IMG/VR virus record: IMGVR_UViG_3300036770_007999
Coordinates: 1-64,000 of that record
Origin: a virus
Direction: 5' to 3' (one strand)
DNA length: 64,000 nucleotides
Part shown: positions 6,785 to 16,707 of the stretch, in pieces
Layout: the number at the start of each line of letters is the position of its first letter
Position numbering within the stretch: position 1 is the stretch's first letter
Notes under the pieces: generated by a model
The model's input: the letters and a program-made list of their open reading frames with translations, nothing else
The model's database searches: none
What the model was told of the DNA's origin: nothing
Program-made: the position numbers and the translations under genes

Positions 6785-7876
6785 ATGTCCCATGAGTCAC
6801 GCACTGTAACCGCGGTTGGTGCCCGCCGAGCCGTAATGAAATGCTTCGCTAAGAAGCGTCCCATGTTCCTGTGGGGCCCTCCCGGCATCGGCAAAAGTGA
6901 AGTGGTAGCCCAGATCACCGAAGACCTAGGTGGATTCATGATCGATCTGCGTCTAGGCCAGATGGATCCCACAGACATCCGCGGTATCCCGTTTTTCAAC
7001 AAAGAACTGGGCAAAATGGACTGGGCTCCTCCTATCGACTTGCCCGATGCGGAACTGGCCAGCCAGTACCCCATCGTGGTATTGTTCATGGACGAGATGA
7101 ACTCGGCAGCCCCGGCGGTACAGGCAGCAGCCTATCAATTGGTGCTTAACCGACGTATCGGCAAATATGTTTTGCCGGACAATGTGGTCATGGTGGCCGC
7201 TGGCAATCGTGAATCGGACAAAGGTGTGACCTATCGCATGCCAACGCCCTTGGCCAATCGTTTCGTCCACGTAGAAATGCGTGCAGATTTTGCTGTATGG
7301 CAGGACTGGGCCGTGACCAATGGTATCCACAAAGATGTGGTGGGTTATCTTTCGTTCGCCAAGCAGGATCTCTATGATTTTGATGCCAAGAGTTCAAGCC
7401 GTGCATTCGCCACACCACGTTCATGGTGCTTCGTGAGTGAACTGTTGGAAGATGAGGATCTTGACGATGTCACGGCCACCGATCTTATCGCTGGCACCAT
7501 CGGAGAGGGTCTGGCAGTGAAGTTCCAGGCGCATCGTAGGATCTCGGGTAAGTTACCGAAACCCGAAGATATCCTGAGCGGCAAAGAAAAAGAACTGCAA
7601 GTCAAAGAAGTTTCGGCCATGTATTCGTTGGTAATCAGTCTGTGCTATGAACTCAAAGATGCCTTAGAAGTGCGCAAGGTGGATCAAAAAGAATTCCATG
7701 CCATGGCAGACAACTTCTTCGGCTACATGATGAAGAACTTCGAGACTGAATTGGTTGTCATGGGTGCCAGGATCGCTCTGACCACCTACAATCTTCCGTT
7801 CCAGCCCACCAAACTCAAGAACTTTGACGAGTTCCACCAGCGGTACGGCAAGTACATCCTGCAGGCCAATTCGTAA
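6785..7876 (+). CDS. MoxR-like AAA+ ATPase
   Basis: Walker A GPPGIGKS, Walker B LFMDE, AAGN, LANRF. Confidence 0.92.
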   Translation: MSHESRTVTAVGARRAVMKCFAKKRPMFLWGPPGIGKSEVVAQITEDLGGFMIDLRLGQMDPTDIRGIPFFNKELGKMDWAPPIDLPDAELASQYPIVVLFMDEMNSAAPAVQAAAYQLVLNRRIGKYVLPDNVVMVAAGNRESDKGVTYRMPTPLANRFVHVEMRADFAVWQDWAVTNGIHKDVVGYLSFAKQDLYDFDAKSSSRAFATPRSWCFVSELLEDEDLDDVTATDLIAGTIGEGLAVKFQAHRRISGKLPKPEDILSGKEKELQVKEVSAMYSLVISLCYELKDALEVRKVDQKEFHAMADNFFGYMMKNFETELVVMGARIALTTYNLPFQPTKLKNFDEFHQRYGKYILQANS

Positions 7877-7920
7877 ACTGTCAACAGGGCGGAATCCCAC
7901 GCGCGAGCGGACATAGGGCT

Positions 7921-8160
7921 ATGTCGGATTCCGCCCTCCCCACTGCCAGGGTCCGGATCGAATTTCGGCCCTACAGCCACGGTGAAGTTCATGATCTGCT
8001 GAGAGAGGTCGCCTTGGATTTCGGACCGCCTGGTGATCGTCGCCGATGGCGATTCGAAACTGCCCAGACTCCAGATACCCAGGTCAATGCATGGATCATA
8101 GACTTCGTTTTTCCAGACGCTCACGATGCCATGATATTTGCACTCAAGTATCAGCGGTAA
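7921..8160 (+). CDS. Small hypothetical protein
   Basis: 79-aa ORF ending AMIFALKYQR; C-terminus resembles that of 12641..12892. Confidence 0.65.
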   Translation: MSDSALPTARVRIEFRPYSHGEVHDLLREVALDFGPPGDRRRWRFETAQTPDTQVNAWIIDFVFPDAHDAMIFALKYQR

Positions 8161-9339
8161 TCATTCCAATAGCAATCTTTTTACCGATGCCAGATCCGGA
8201 TGCAGGGGTCTTTGTCTTCCGTCCACTCTGCCATTGTTCCAGATCCGGATACAGGTATCAAAGTTATCAATCATTTCGTCTACTATGATTTTTCTAAATG
8301 CACCAAAGAAATGAGCCTTGTTGTGTTCTAAGACCGGTAGCATCTCCTGTTGAACACGCATAAGTTCATTCTTATTCAGTGTAGAAAACCGCGTGAGTTC
8401 TTGGACGATAGCATCTAGTCTTTGATCCGGACATTGTATATCATCATATCCTTCGTCGATCCAACGATCGAAAGTTTGGAATCCATAACCGCGTAGATAA
8501 GCAAGATTGCCCGGTGCCGCTGCCAATATGAAAGGCCGTTTGGCTACTATGGGCTTGAACACTTTCTCAGTGAGATGCAGTTTGGGTTCAAGAAACACCG
8601 TTTCGGTCACGAGGTGCCAAAGGCTACTCTGCCACATGCGATATTCCTGGTGTCCAAATCTTGCGCTGAGAGCGCCATTGATCGGAACATTATCCAACAC
8701 CCAGGGTAAAGTTACCAATGTGTCTTGATGTTTGTGCAATATTTTTTTGCTCTGCTCCGAGAGTTCTGTACCAGGGTCGTTTAGCTCTGCCTGCAGTCGC
8801 TCAGGAGTAACATGAAAACTGATTGATGCATTTTGTGTGACTCCTGCGTCAATAAGGCGTGCCAGCAAGGCAACCCGATAAGATCGTTTGTCGAAAACAT
8901 GATTCAAACACAGCAATGCTGTTTTTATAGGCCATTGCTGATGTATATATTGTGCATCGTGATACCAGTCCAAGGCCGCAAAACCATGATAAAAGAAATA
9001 CCAATCCAGTAATTTTCTATCTCGACAGACTTTTTTCTTCAGTTCTGAATGTTCGCTGTTGGCAAGAATCCTGACAATTTTAGTGCTCCATGCAACTCTA
9101 TAATTGTCGTAGATACCAAAATCATCTGACCATATAGGTTCTTGATCATAATGGAACAAAACATTGTGTTCTTGTTGTGGCCTAATGGGGTGGAATTCAC
9201 CTCCATTGCTGAGACGCTGTTTTGTACCAAACGGATAATAATAATGACAGTCTAAGCCAATGGGATCTAGCAAATTGGCGTACAGCACCCAGTAGAGGTT
9301 TTCAATAGAAATCACGACTGTATGTATTCCATATTTCAT
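8161..9339 (-). CDS. Glycosyltransferase-like protein (TEK..KP family), paralogue 1
   Basis: VTETVF...LTEKVFKPI...PF...GFQTFD.WIDEGYD, similar to the GT10 fucosyltransferase motif. Confidence 0.6.
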   Translation of the reverse strand: MKYGIHTVVISIENLYWVLYANLLDPIGLDCHYYYPFGTKQRLSNGGEFHPIRPQQEHNVLFHYDQEPIWSDDFGIYDNYRVAWSTKIVRILANSEHSELKKKVCRDRKLLDWYFFYHGFAALDWYHDAQYIHQQWPIKTALLCLNHVFDKRSYRVALLARLIDAGVTQNASISFHVTPERLQAELNDPGTELSEQSKKILHKHQDTLVTLPWVLDNVPINGALSARFGHQEYRMWQSSLWHLVTETVFLEPKLHLTEKVFKPIVAKRPFILAAAPGNLAYLRGYGFQTFDRWIDEGYDDIQCPDQRLDAIVQELTRFSTLNKNELMRVQQEMLPVLEHNKAHFFGAFRKIIVDEMIDNFDTCIRIWNNGRVDGRQRPLHPDLASVKRLLLE

Positions 9340-9357
9340 TCAAATAAAAGTTCTCGG

Positions 9358-9386
9358 TTGACCAGAAAATCCCAATATCGTATAAT
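9358..9386 (+). promoter_or_regulatory. sigma70-type early promoter
   Basis: TTGACC-17 nt-TATAAT in the same GGTTGACCnnnAAAT context as 6653 and 6721. Confidence 0.85.
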
Positions 9387-9408
9387 AATTACAATATAGG
9401 AGAGATCA

Positions 9409-10686
9409 ATGACCACAGCCACAGCAGATACCACTAACAAAGACGACGCCAAACGCTTTGCCAACCTGATAGGTCCTATGGATGCTAAAGTGGATCGCGA
9501 AGTGCGTGAGATGTTGGTGACAGCCCGGGTGGGCATGTTGCTCCGGGCTTCGTTTTTTGGCAACCTGGCCACCCGACTCAAACTGATCAATGCCGATGAG
9601 TGGTGCGCCACTGCTGCCACCGACGGTAGGAACTTCTATTACAACAGCCGCTTCATCAAGATGCTGAAGCCCAAAGAGATCGAGTTCTTGTTTGGCCACG
9701 AAGTGCTTCATTGTGTGTACGATCACTTTGGTCGGCGCGGTGATCGTGATCCTCAGTTATGGAATATCGCCAATGATTTCTGTGTTAACGGCGATCTCAA
9801 GAAACATCGTGTTGGTGAGTTCATCACTTCAGTACCATGCCTGTATGATCAAAAGTACGAAGGCAAATCGTCAGAAGAGATCTATGATATCCTGTACGAG
9901 AATGCTGAAAAGATCTCCATAGACGATCTCATCGATCGTGTGCTAGATGAGCACATGGATGGCAACGAAGAAAAAGGCGGTGCCGGTAAAAAAGACGGTG
10001 AAGGCCAAGGTCGACCACGGCTCAGTGAAGAAGAAAAGGCCAAGATCCGCGATGAGATCAAAGAAGCCATGCTCAGTGCGGCACAGACCTGTGACGCGGG
10101 CAACCTGCCAGCAGGCATCAAACGCCTGATACAGAATCTTACAGAGCCCAAAATGAACTGGCGCGAACTGCTCCGGATGCAGTTGGAGAGCACCATCAAG
10201 AGTGATTACACTTTTGCCCGGCTCAGCCGCAAAGGCTGGCATCATGAGGCAATCCTGCCCGGCATGCGCACCACTGATGCCATCGACATCGCCATCGGCA
10301 TCGACATGTCGGGTTCGATCTCTGATCAGCAAGGACGAGATTTCCTGGCTGAAGTGCAGGGCATCATGGAAGCATTTGATTCATATCGTATCCATGTATT
10401 ATGCTTCGATACGGAAATCTACAATCCGCGCCAGTATGATTCAGACAATCTGGAAGACATCACAGACTATGAATTGGCTGGTGGCGGCGGTACTGACTTT
10501 GAATGTGTGTTCAATTATCTCAAAGACAATGACATTGAGCCCAAAAAACTTGTGATGTTTACGGATGGTTATCCTTTCGGCTCCTGGGGTGATGAAAACT
10601 ATGCGGATACCGTATGGATCATTCATGGCAATCCCAACCCAGATCCACCGTTTGGTGTGTGGGCCAAGTACGGCAACACCGACTAA
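9409..10686 (+). CDS. DUF2201-type metallopeptidase-like plus VWA domain protein
   Basis: TAATDG, HEVLH (HExxH), MIDAS DMSGS, GGGGTDF, FTDG. Confidence 0.9.
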   Translation: MTTATADTTNKDDAKRFANLIGPMDAKVDREVREMLVTARVGMLLRASFFGNLATRLKLINADEWCATAATDGRNFYYNSRFIKMLKPKEIEFLFGHEVLHCVYDHFGRRGDRDPQLWNIANDFCVNGDLKKHRVGEFITSVPCLYDQKYEGKSSEEIYDILYENAEKISIDDLIDRVLDEHMDGNEEKGGAGKKDGEGQGRPRLSEEEKAKIRDEIKEAMLSAAQTCDAGNLPAGIKRLIQNLTEPKMNWRELLRMQLESTIKSDYTFARLSRKGWHHEAILPGMRTTDAIDIAIGIDMSGSISDQQGRDFLAEVQGIMEAFDSYRIHVLCFDTEIYNPRQYDSDNLEDITDYELAGGGGTDFECVFNYLKDNDIEPKKLVMFTDGYPFGSWGDENYADTVWIIHGNPNPDPPFGVWAKYGNTD

Positions 10687-10702
10687 TCTTGCCAGAATCA
10701 CC

Positions 10703-10738
10703 AAAAACCCTGCTGATTTCCGTAGGCAGGGTTTTTTT
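10703..10738 (+). terminator. Intrinsic terminator
   Basis: AAAAACCCTGC/GCAGGGTTTTT stem followed by a T run. Confidence 0.8.
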
Positions 10739-10755
10739 GTGGCGTAAATATCTGC

Positions 10756-10962
10756 ATGGAGAATGAACCCACACAACTATCGATCACTGATCTAGCAGTG
10801 CTTAAAAACATCATCGATCTGGCCTGCAGCCGAGGTGCGTTTCGTGCGCCGGAGATGAAGGCCGTGGGCGAAGTGTATGACAAACTCTCCGCCTTTCTAG
10901 ACACAGTGATCAAACAGGCCGAAGCAGAGATGCAGGCAGGCCAACAAGGAGACCAAAAATGA
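10756..10962 (+). CDS. Hypothetical protein
   Basis: 68-aa ORF 5 nt after TAAATA (10745-10750); overlaps the next gene by ATGA. Confidence 0.8.
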   Translation: MENEPTQLSITDLAVLKNIIDLACSRGAFRAPEMKAVGEVYDKLSAFLDTVIKQAEAEMQAGQQGDQK

Positions 10963-11645
10963 TCAAACATATCGGAAAACACGGCGACCGTAGGGTAGCC
11001 ATCGTGTTCAGAGAAGTACCAGGTGAAGACCATATGTGCCTGGTAGTATATCCGGACGTATTGCCCGTGGCCATGCATGACAGCATGATGAAAGTGATCG
11101 AATCCGAGCCGGGCCAAACAGCCGAGAATCTCGGCGATGCCCTGTTCCGCAGCCTGTTCAATGACGGCAGGCCCATGTTGCAGACCCTGCATGCAGAAGG
11201 CATGATCAAGAAAGTGCAAACCAAACAGGTCACGGTCACACCCACGGCCACCAGCCATGTGAATCTTGAAGAGATGAACAACATCATCCGCAAGATGAAA
11301 CTGGGTGAGGATGCCATTCGCGAGATGGCGGATCTCGATGCCAATCGCGGCATGACTGGCCGTGTGCGCCAGAAAGATGACTTTGGTCGCGAAGTAGGTG
11401 CGCCCAATGAGTTCGTGCGTGGTGCCAGCGTGGCTGGCAGTGATGCCGCGCGTGCCTTGGACGATGTGGCTATCGCGCAGGATCTGCAGACCCAGGCACA
11501 GCGCATGGCGGCAGAAGCACGGTCATTGTTGGCCGAGAGCGAGAGGCTCATGAAAGAAGCAGCGGTACTCAGCGGTGAACCCACGGCCAAACCTGCTGCC
11601 AAAGCGGGACGGGCCAAAAAGGTCCGGGCCGCCGATGCTGCTTAA
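10959..11645 (+). CDS. Hypothetical protein with coiled-coil C-terminus
   Basis: 228-aa ORF, AGGAG RBS, coupled to its neighbours. Confidence 0.8.
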   Translation: MIKHIGKHGDRRVAIVFREVPGEDHMCLVVYPDVLPVAMHDSMMKVIESEPGQTAENLGDALFRSLFNDGRPMLQTLHAEGMIKKVQTKQVTVTPTATSHVNLEEMNNIIRKMKLGEDAIREMADLDANRGMTGRVRQKDDFGREVGAPNEFVRGASVAGSDAARALDDVAIAQDLQTQAQRMAAEARSLLAESERLMKEAAVLSGEPTAKPAAKAGRAKKVRAADAA

Positions 11646-11934
11646 CGACGATTTCCTGGCAGGGTGGGAGGACATAGTCAACGGTGTTGACAAAGATCAT
11701 TGTCCGATCACCTGTGTGAAAAAAGTGGTGTTCCGTACCCGGCAGGGACAAAAGACCATCAACTTGCGCAATCTCCGTCGACAGGGCATCGATGATGACA
11801 GCATTGAACAGGCCGTGAGTTCGTTCATCGAGGACAATGAAAAAATCATCAAGAGCATGGAACTGGTACTGGACGTGGAAGCAGTGGCTGAGATCGTACA
11901 GCCAGAAACTGACAAACTCCTGAAAGGCATGTGA
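11635..11934 (+). CDS. Hypothetical protein
   Basis: ATG 11635 overlaps the end of the upstream gene. Confidence 0.75.
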   Translation: MLLNDDFLAGWEDIVNGVDKDHCPITCVKKVVFRTRQGQKTINLRNLRRQGIDDDSIEQAVSSFIEDNEKIIKSMELVLDVEAVAEIVQPETDKLLKGM

Positions 11935-12617
11935 TGCATGTTCGCTTGGTATCCTATTCAAGACCCACAGAGGAATTTGCCGAACACGGTATCACAGATG
12001 CGCAGGAACTCATCGCGTATTGCGCCCGTGTCAGCAACCCATCGAACCAATTCAACACAGAGACATCAGAGAAGCTTATCCGATATCTTATCAAACACGC
12101 ACACTGGAGTCCCTTGGAAATGGTGTCTGCTTGCCTGGAGATCACTACCACGAGAGACATCGCGAGACAGATCCTCCGGCACAGAAGTTTCTCATTCCAA
12201 GAGTTCTCACAGCGATATGCTGACCCAGTGCGAGACCTTGAGTTTGAAACACGACCAGCACGTCTGCAGGACACCACCAACAGACAGAACAGCACGGAAC
12301 TGGATCTCCGAGATCCCGATCAACGAGAACTGGCACGTTTATGGATGGAAAAACAACAGGCTGTCATTGGAGCCGCTACAGAAGCCTATATCTGGGCTGT
12401 CACTAACGGCATAGCCAAAGAGCAGGCGCGGGCGGTGTTGCCCGAAGGAAACACCCAGAGCAGGCTCTACATGAATGGCACCTTGCGATCATGGGTGCAT
12501 TTCATTGAGCTCAGGAGTGCCAATGGTACGCAACAAGAACATCAAGCCGTGGCTCGAGCCTGCGCAGAAGTCATAGCCACAGTGTTTCCCATGGCTGCCG
12601 AATTCGTCGGCCAATAG
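11931..12617 (+). CDS. thyX: FAD-dependent thymidylate synthase
   Basis: HWSPLE, QILRHRSFSFQEFSQRY, EQARAVLP, RSWVHFIELR, Q.EH. Confidence 0.96.
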   Translation: MMHVRLVSYSRPTEEFAEHGITDAQELIAYCARVSNPSNQFNTETSEKLIRYLIKHAHWSPLEMVSACLEITTTRDIARQILRHRSFSFQEFSQRYADPVRDLEFETRPARLQDTTNRQNSTELDLRDPDQRELARLWMEKQQAVIGAATEAYIWAVTNGIAKEQARAVLPEGNTQSRLYMNGTLRSWVHFIELRSANGTQQEHQAVARACAEVIATVFPMAAEFVGQ

Positions 12618-12640
12618 TCTCTTATCTGCTATAATACAGC

Positions 12641-12892
12641 ATGAAGATCACGTTCCATACCTTTACCATGGGAGATGTGGAAGATCCTGACATCTATGCG
12701 GCCGAACCTATCTATCGATGGCAACAGACCGAGCAGGGAGTCTGGGCCATGGAACACGCACACGATCTCACTTATTATACCGGCACAGACCCGCACGGTT
12801 TTGGATATCTGATCAGCATAAGAGGCACCATAAATGATCCCAAACGCATCACGGAGTATTTCCTAAGATGGCCCAGACAAGAAAGGTACTAG
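12641..12892 (+). CDS. Small hypothetical protein, probably leaderless
   Basis: Extended -10 TGCTATAAT at 12627-12635, 5 nt before the ATG. Confidence 0.75.
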   Translation: MKITFHTFTMGDVEDPDIYAAEPIYRWQQTEQGVWAMEHAHDLTYYTGTDPHGFGYLISIRGTINDPKRITEYFLRWPRQERY

Positions 12893-13851
12893 TCACTGGC
12901 GGCCTTGGCTTGATCGGACACAATGTGGTCCGGCGCCTACATGACCAAGGACATCAAGTGGTCGTGACTGATATCTGCACCAACTATGGCATAGTACCGC
13001 AGAGCGAGATCGATTATCTCATTGGTGAACGCCGGAAACGCCTGGATCCTGCTACCAGGATCTACAGCGTAGACATCGCGGACCAAGTGGGCATGGATAA
13101 CCTTATGCGCAGCCACCGGCCAGATACCGTGGTACACATGGCCAGTTTCCCCCGGCAAAAAGTGGTGAACGCTGACCCCATGCGTGGCAGCCGGACCATG
13201 AGTGAAGGGCTGCTCAACCTATTGGAACTCAGTGCAAGACATAAGGTAGACAGATTCGTGTACATCTCGTCGAGCATGGTTTACGGTGATTTCGCAGATC
13301 AAGTTCGCGAAGATGCTGCTTGCCGGCCCCAAGGACAGTATGGCATCATGAAGCTGGCCGGAGAATGGCTGGTGCGAGACTACACACGCCGTGGCAGTTT
13401 TGATCATGTCATAATCAGACCCTCCGCAGTGTATGGTGAACTGGACGTAGAAGATCGGGTAATTGCCAAGTTCATGCTGGCCGCGTTGCGTGGAAACGTG
13501 CTGCGAGTAAATGGTGCCACAGAAACTCTGGACTTTACCTATGTGGAGGATGCGGCCGATGGCATCACTGCTGCCGCATTGCTGCCTGTGGCGCGCAACA
13601 AGACCTACAACATCACCAAAAGTCATTCGTGGAGCTTGCTAGAGGCCGCCCGCCTAGCAGTGCGCATCGCCGGTCGAGGCTCGGTAGAGGTACGCGATCG
13701 TGATGCAGATTTCCCCAGCCGAGGTGCGCTGAACATCGACGCCGCACGAAGAGATCTTGGTTTCGATCCCAAAGTAGACATAGAAGAAGGATTCCAGAGA
13801 TATCATGACTGGCTTAAAGATAGCGTTTACTGGTCTCCAAAAACAATATAA
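12868..13851 (+). CDS. NAD-dependent nucleotide-sugar epimerase/dehydratase
   Basis: VTGGLGLIG, SSSMVYG, YGIMK (YxxxK), DFTYVED. Confidence 0.93.
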   Translation: MAQTRKVLVTGGLGLIGHNVVRRLHDQGHQVVVTDICTNYGIVPQSEIDYLIGERRKRLDPATRIYSVDIADQVGMDNLMRSHRPDTVVHMASFPRQKVVNADPMRGSRTMSEGLLNLLELSARHKVDRFVYISSSMVYGDFADQVREDAACRPQGQYGIMKLAGEWLVRDYTRRGSFDHVIIRPSAVYGELDVEDRVIAKFMLAALRGNVLRVNGATETLDFTYVEDAADGITAAALLPVARNKTYNITKSHSWSLLEAARLAVRIAGRGSVEVRDRDADFPSRGALNIDAARRDLGFDPKVDIEEGFQRYHDWLKDSVYWSPKTI

Positions 13852-14911
13852 CAATCTCCGCACAGAGATCCTGGATGCCACCGATGAGGTCTTGCGCACT
13901 GGCCAGCTCATGGACGGCAATTTTACTGCAGAATTTGAAAACTGGTTGGCAAGACGAAACAGCACCAAGTATGCTGTGACCTGTCATTCTGGTACACAGG
14001 CTCTGGAGATCATCGCAGCCTATTATGCCACTGAACGTGAGGCACCTAATCCTCCCACGGTACTGATACCGGCCGTGACCTACGTGGCAACTGCCAATGC
14101 TTTCATGCGCGCGGGCTGGGACATACATTTCGTTGATGTGGATGCCTCGGGTATATTCGACATGCGGTCGATACCTGATGTAAGTTATCAGGCCATGGTC
14201 TTGGTAGGTCTATACGGGGCTGCTATCACCCACATAGGTGATACCAAGATCTGGCGGCAGACAGTGTTGCGCGATGGTCTCGTAATAGAAGATGCAGCAC
14301 AGCATTGGCTGGCCAGTGGTGCGATCCGTATCGGCCAGGCCGCAGCGATCAGTTTCGATCCCATGAAGAATTTGGCTGCTTATGGCAACGGCGGCGCCCT
14401 AGTTACGAATGATGCTGATCTATATCGCTATGCACAGGCCTGGCGCAACAACGGCAAGCCCGACCATCATCATGTTGGAACCAACAGCCGGATGAGCGAA
14501 ATAGACTGTGCCCAGTTGCTGGTAAAAACACGCTACATCGATGAGTGGCAACAACGGCGTGGCAAAATAGCGCAGTTCTGGATGGACAAGTTGCAATCGT
14601 CAGCGGTGCGCTGTCTTGTCACTCGAGACAACTGGCACGACCATTCTTTTCACAAGTTCGTTATCGACGTAGAAGCACGCGACATACTGCAAAAGAATCT
14701 GGCCATACGTGGCATAGAAACCCGGGTGCATTATGCGCAGCCTCTGCATGAGATCGATATCTATCGGCAGTGGCCTGGTCCCACTTTCCTGAGTTCGGCT
14801 TCGGCACTGTGCCGCAGGGTGTTGAGCCTGCCTATCTATCCTGAGCTCACAGATCTGCAGGTGGAGTATATAGCGGATCAGGTACGAGATTGTGTGACCA
14901 GTTCTGGATGA
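13805..14911 (+). CDS. DegT/DnrJ/EryC1/StrS PLP-dependent sugar aminotransferase
   Basis: SGTQAL, EDAAQ, SFDPMKNL..GNGG, NSRMSE, LSLPIYP. Confidence 0.93.
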   Translation: MTGLKIAFTGLQKQYNNLRTEILDATDEVLRTGQLMDGNFTAEFENWLARRNSTKYAVTCHSGTQALEIIAAYYATEREAPNPPTVLIPAVTYVATANAFMRAGWDIHFVDVDASGIFDMRSIPDVSYQAMVLVGLYGAAITHIGDTKIWRQTVLRDGLVIEDAAQHWLASGAIRIGQAAAISFDPMKNLAAYGNGGALVTNDADLYRYAQAWRNNGKPDHHHVGTNSRMSEIDCAQLLVKTRYIDEWQQRRGKIAQFWMDKLQSSAVRCLVTRDNWHDHSFHKFVIDVEARDILQKNLAIRGIETRVHYAQPLHEIDIYRQWPGPTFLSSASALCRRVLSLPIYPELTDLQVEYIADQVRDCVTSSG

Positions 14912-16707
14912 AGCATCATGGCATAGGTAGCAAGCCATGCCCATTCGTAGCTTTTCTTGATCGCGTCAAAATCTCCCCCGACTTCTTCATAGTAACGCAC
15001 AGCATCCTGGGCACCGCGCAGACTCCAGACACCGTTGACACCATCGCCTTTAGATAGCCATTCTGCCAATCGGTATTCATTCTCTACATCTGGAAGACTG
15101 TGCCGAAGTTTCAGGCATTCTCTGAAAGCGGTACGCCAACAGGTCCAGGGATCGTTGTCGTAGTAGGCAGTACCTGATACCATGGGCACAACCTCGTGTG
15201 GATCTTCCAAGGTAAAATCCAGCCCCTGCCCTGTATTGGCCATCACTAAATTTACATTGTAGGCTATCATGGCCTGGTGTCCGTACACCAAGTGATTCAC
15301 AGGATTGTAGGCATGGAAAATATAGTGTTTGGGCTGTTGCATGCGATCCGGCTGCCATGACCAATCAAAGTCTGCATTGACCTGCAGTTTAGCAAACACA
15401 GCAAAGAACCAAGGCGTGCGACTTTTTTCGGCCGCGGCTTGATAAGCAGCCACCCGACCGTTCACACCATCCACACGATGCAATTGATTAGGCGCCATGT
15501 GGTTGGTCAGCGCACCTTGCAGTATGTTCCAGTGATGCTCGGCTCCATGTTCTCCATTGGAGATGAATACTATGTCTAAAGGTCGATCCTGTATCCAATT
15601 GCGATAGTTTCGATCAATCCATGCGTAGTCGTAGACTTGCGACTTAATAAATGGTACTGCTTCTTTAGGTACCACTACTAGTCCTGCTCCGACACTGAGC
15701 GGAACCACAGTCCTTGTCTGGTCTCTCCATAGAGATATAGTCGGTATCCTATTTGTATTCATGTCTTGGCAGGCAAACAAAGCGATAGGACCGGACCAAT
15801 GTGAATTTTGTATCGCTGTAACTTGACTGTCATGTTGATGCCGCACAACTGGTACAGGTTTCCTTGGCACCGTGATATCGCTGACAAAATTTAGATCGTA
15901 CCATTCCAACAGTTGAAATTCCGAGATCTTGGCACGGAACGTGGGCACATGCATGAAAAAGGTATCGCCAAACTTCTGTTCTTCGCTGGGGAAAACGTGC
16001 AGCATGTGGTTCTGCCAGGACTCCGGATGCCATGAGAAATCAAAATTGTAGTAGTTGCAGATGGTGCTACAGATCCATACAAATTCTTGATCGTTAGGTA
16101 TGCTGGTTGCCAGTCTGGTCAGGGTATCTTTGTAGTTGTTGAAATATCGTATCCGGCGAGCCACTGGCTGACAGAATTCGTCAACGGTACCATTCATGTG
16201 ATCTATGAGATAGATCGCCGCGGCCTTGGCACGCACACGGCTTCCGCTCTGGCTCACATACTTGGTTTGACTTCCGCCCGGTACAAGATACCGAGGTCCA
16301 CCGGTTTTTTGCCATTGGGTACCGAATTCATAGTGGAAGGGCGGATCAGTATAGTCAGGGTGCCAGGAGAAATCAAAGTCTGTGACACTGTCGGTGTTTT
16401 CCCAAAGATCGAGATCTGTTGTCATTGCGATCACGGGTGATGTATGATAGTTGGTGTCCGTATATCTCGATTTTGGAATCAAATAGGTACCAGAATCACG
16501 TTGCCATTGGCTGGCCCAGGCATGTCGTTGAGAGGCCTGCCACGGTGGGGGTTCCCAAAGGAAGTCGAAGTCTGCATAGTCCGCTAAGTACGTCACTATC
16601 CAACAGTAACGTGTGCGACTTTGTTGTCGTGCATGCTCGACGCTCAAAGCCTCACGCTCATGAGCAAACAGATTAGGCTTTTTTCCGATATAAAATACGT
16701 CAAACAT
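14878..16707 (-). CDS. Multi-repeat glycosyltransferase-like protein
   Basis: Four (D/N)FD(F/W).W.P repeats; C-terminal domain resembles 32823..33749 (VDGV.G..AA, NPVN.L.YG, WR..FRE..K). Confidence 0.6.
   Translation of the reverse strand: MFDVFYIGKKPNLFAHEREALSVEHARQQSRTRYCWIVTYLADYADFDFLWEPPPWQASQRHAWASQWQRDSGTYLIPKSRYTDTNYHTSPVIAMTTDLDLWENTDSVTDFDFSWHPDYTDPPFHYEFGTQWQKTGGPRYLVPGGSQTKYVSQSGSRVRAKAAAIYLIDHMNGTVDEFCQPVARRIRYFNNYKDTLTRLATSIPNDQEFVWICSTICNYYNFDFSWHPESWQNHMLHVFPSEEQKFGDTFFMHVPTFRAKISEFQLLEWYDLNFVSDITVPRKPVPVVRHQHDSQVTAIQNSHWSGPIALFACQDMNTNRIPTISLWRDQTRTVVPLSVGAGLVVVPKEAVPFIKSQVYDYAWIDRNYRNWIQDRPLDIVFISNGEHGAEHHWNILQGALTNHMAPNQLHRVDGVNGRVAAYQAAAEKSRTPWFFAVFAKLQVNADFDWSWQPDRMQQPKHYIFHAYNPVNHLVYGHQAMIAYNVNLVMANTGQGLDFTLEDPHEVVPMVSGTAYYDNDPWTCWRTAFRECLKLRHSLPDVENEYRLAEWLSKGDGVNGVWSLRGAQDAVRYYEEVGGDFDAIKKSYEWAWLATYAMMLHPELVTQSRT

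Noticed and set aside
11931-12617. thyX as a DNA base-modifying enzyme for the sugar cluster
   Set aside because: Canonical ThyX motifs indicate ordinary dTMP synthesis; no hydroxymethylase was recognised in the window
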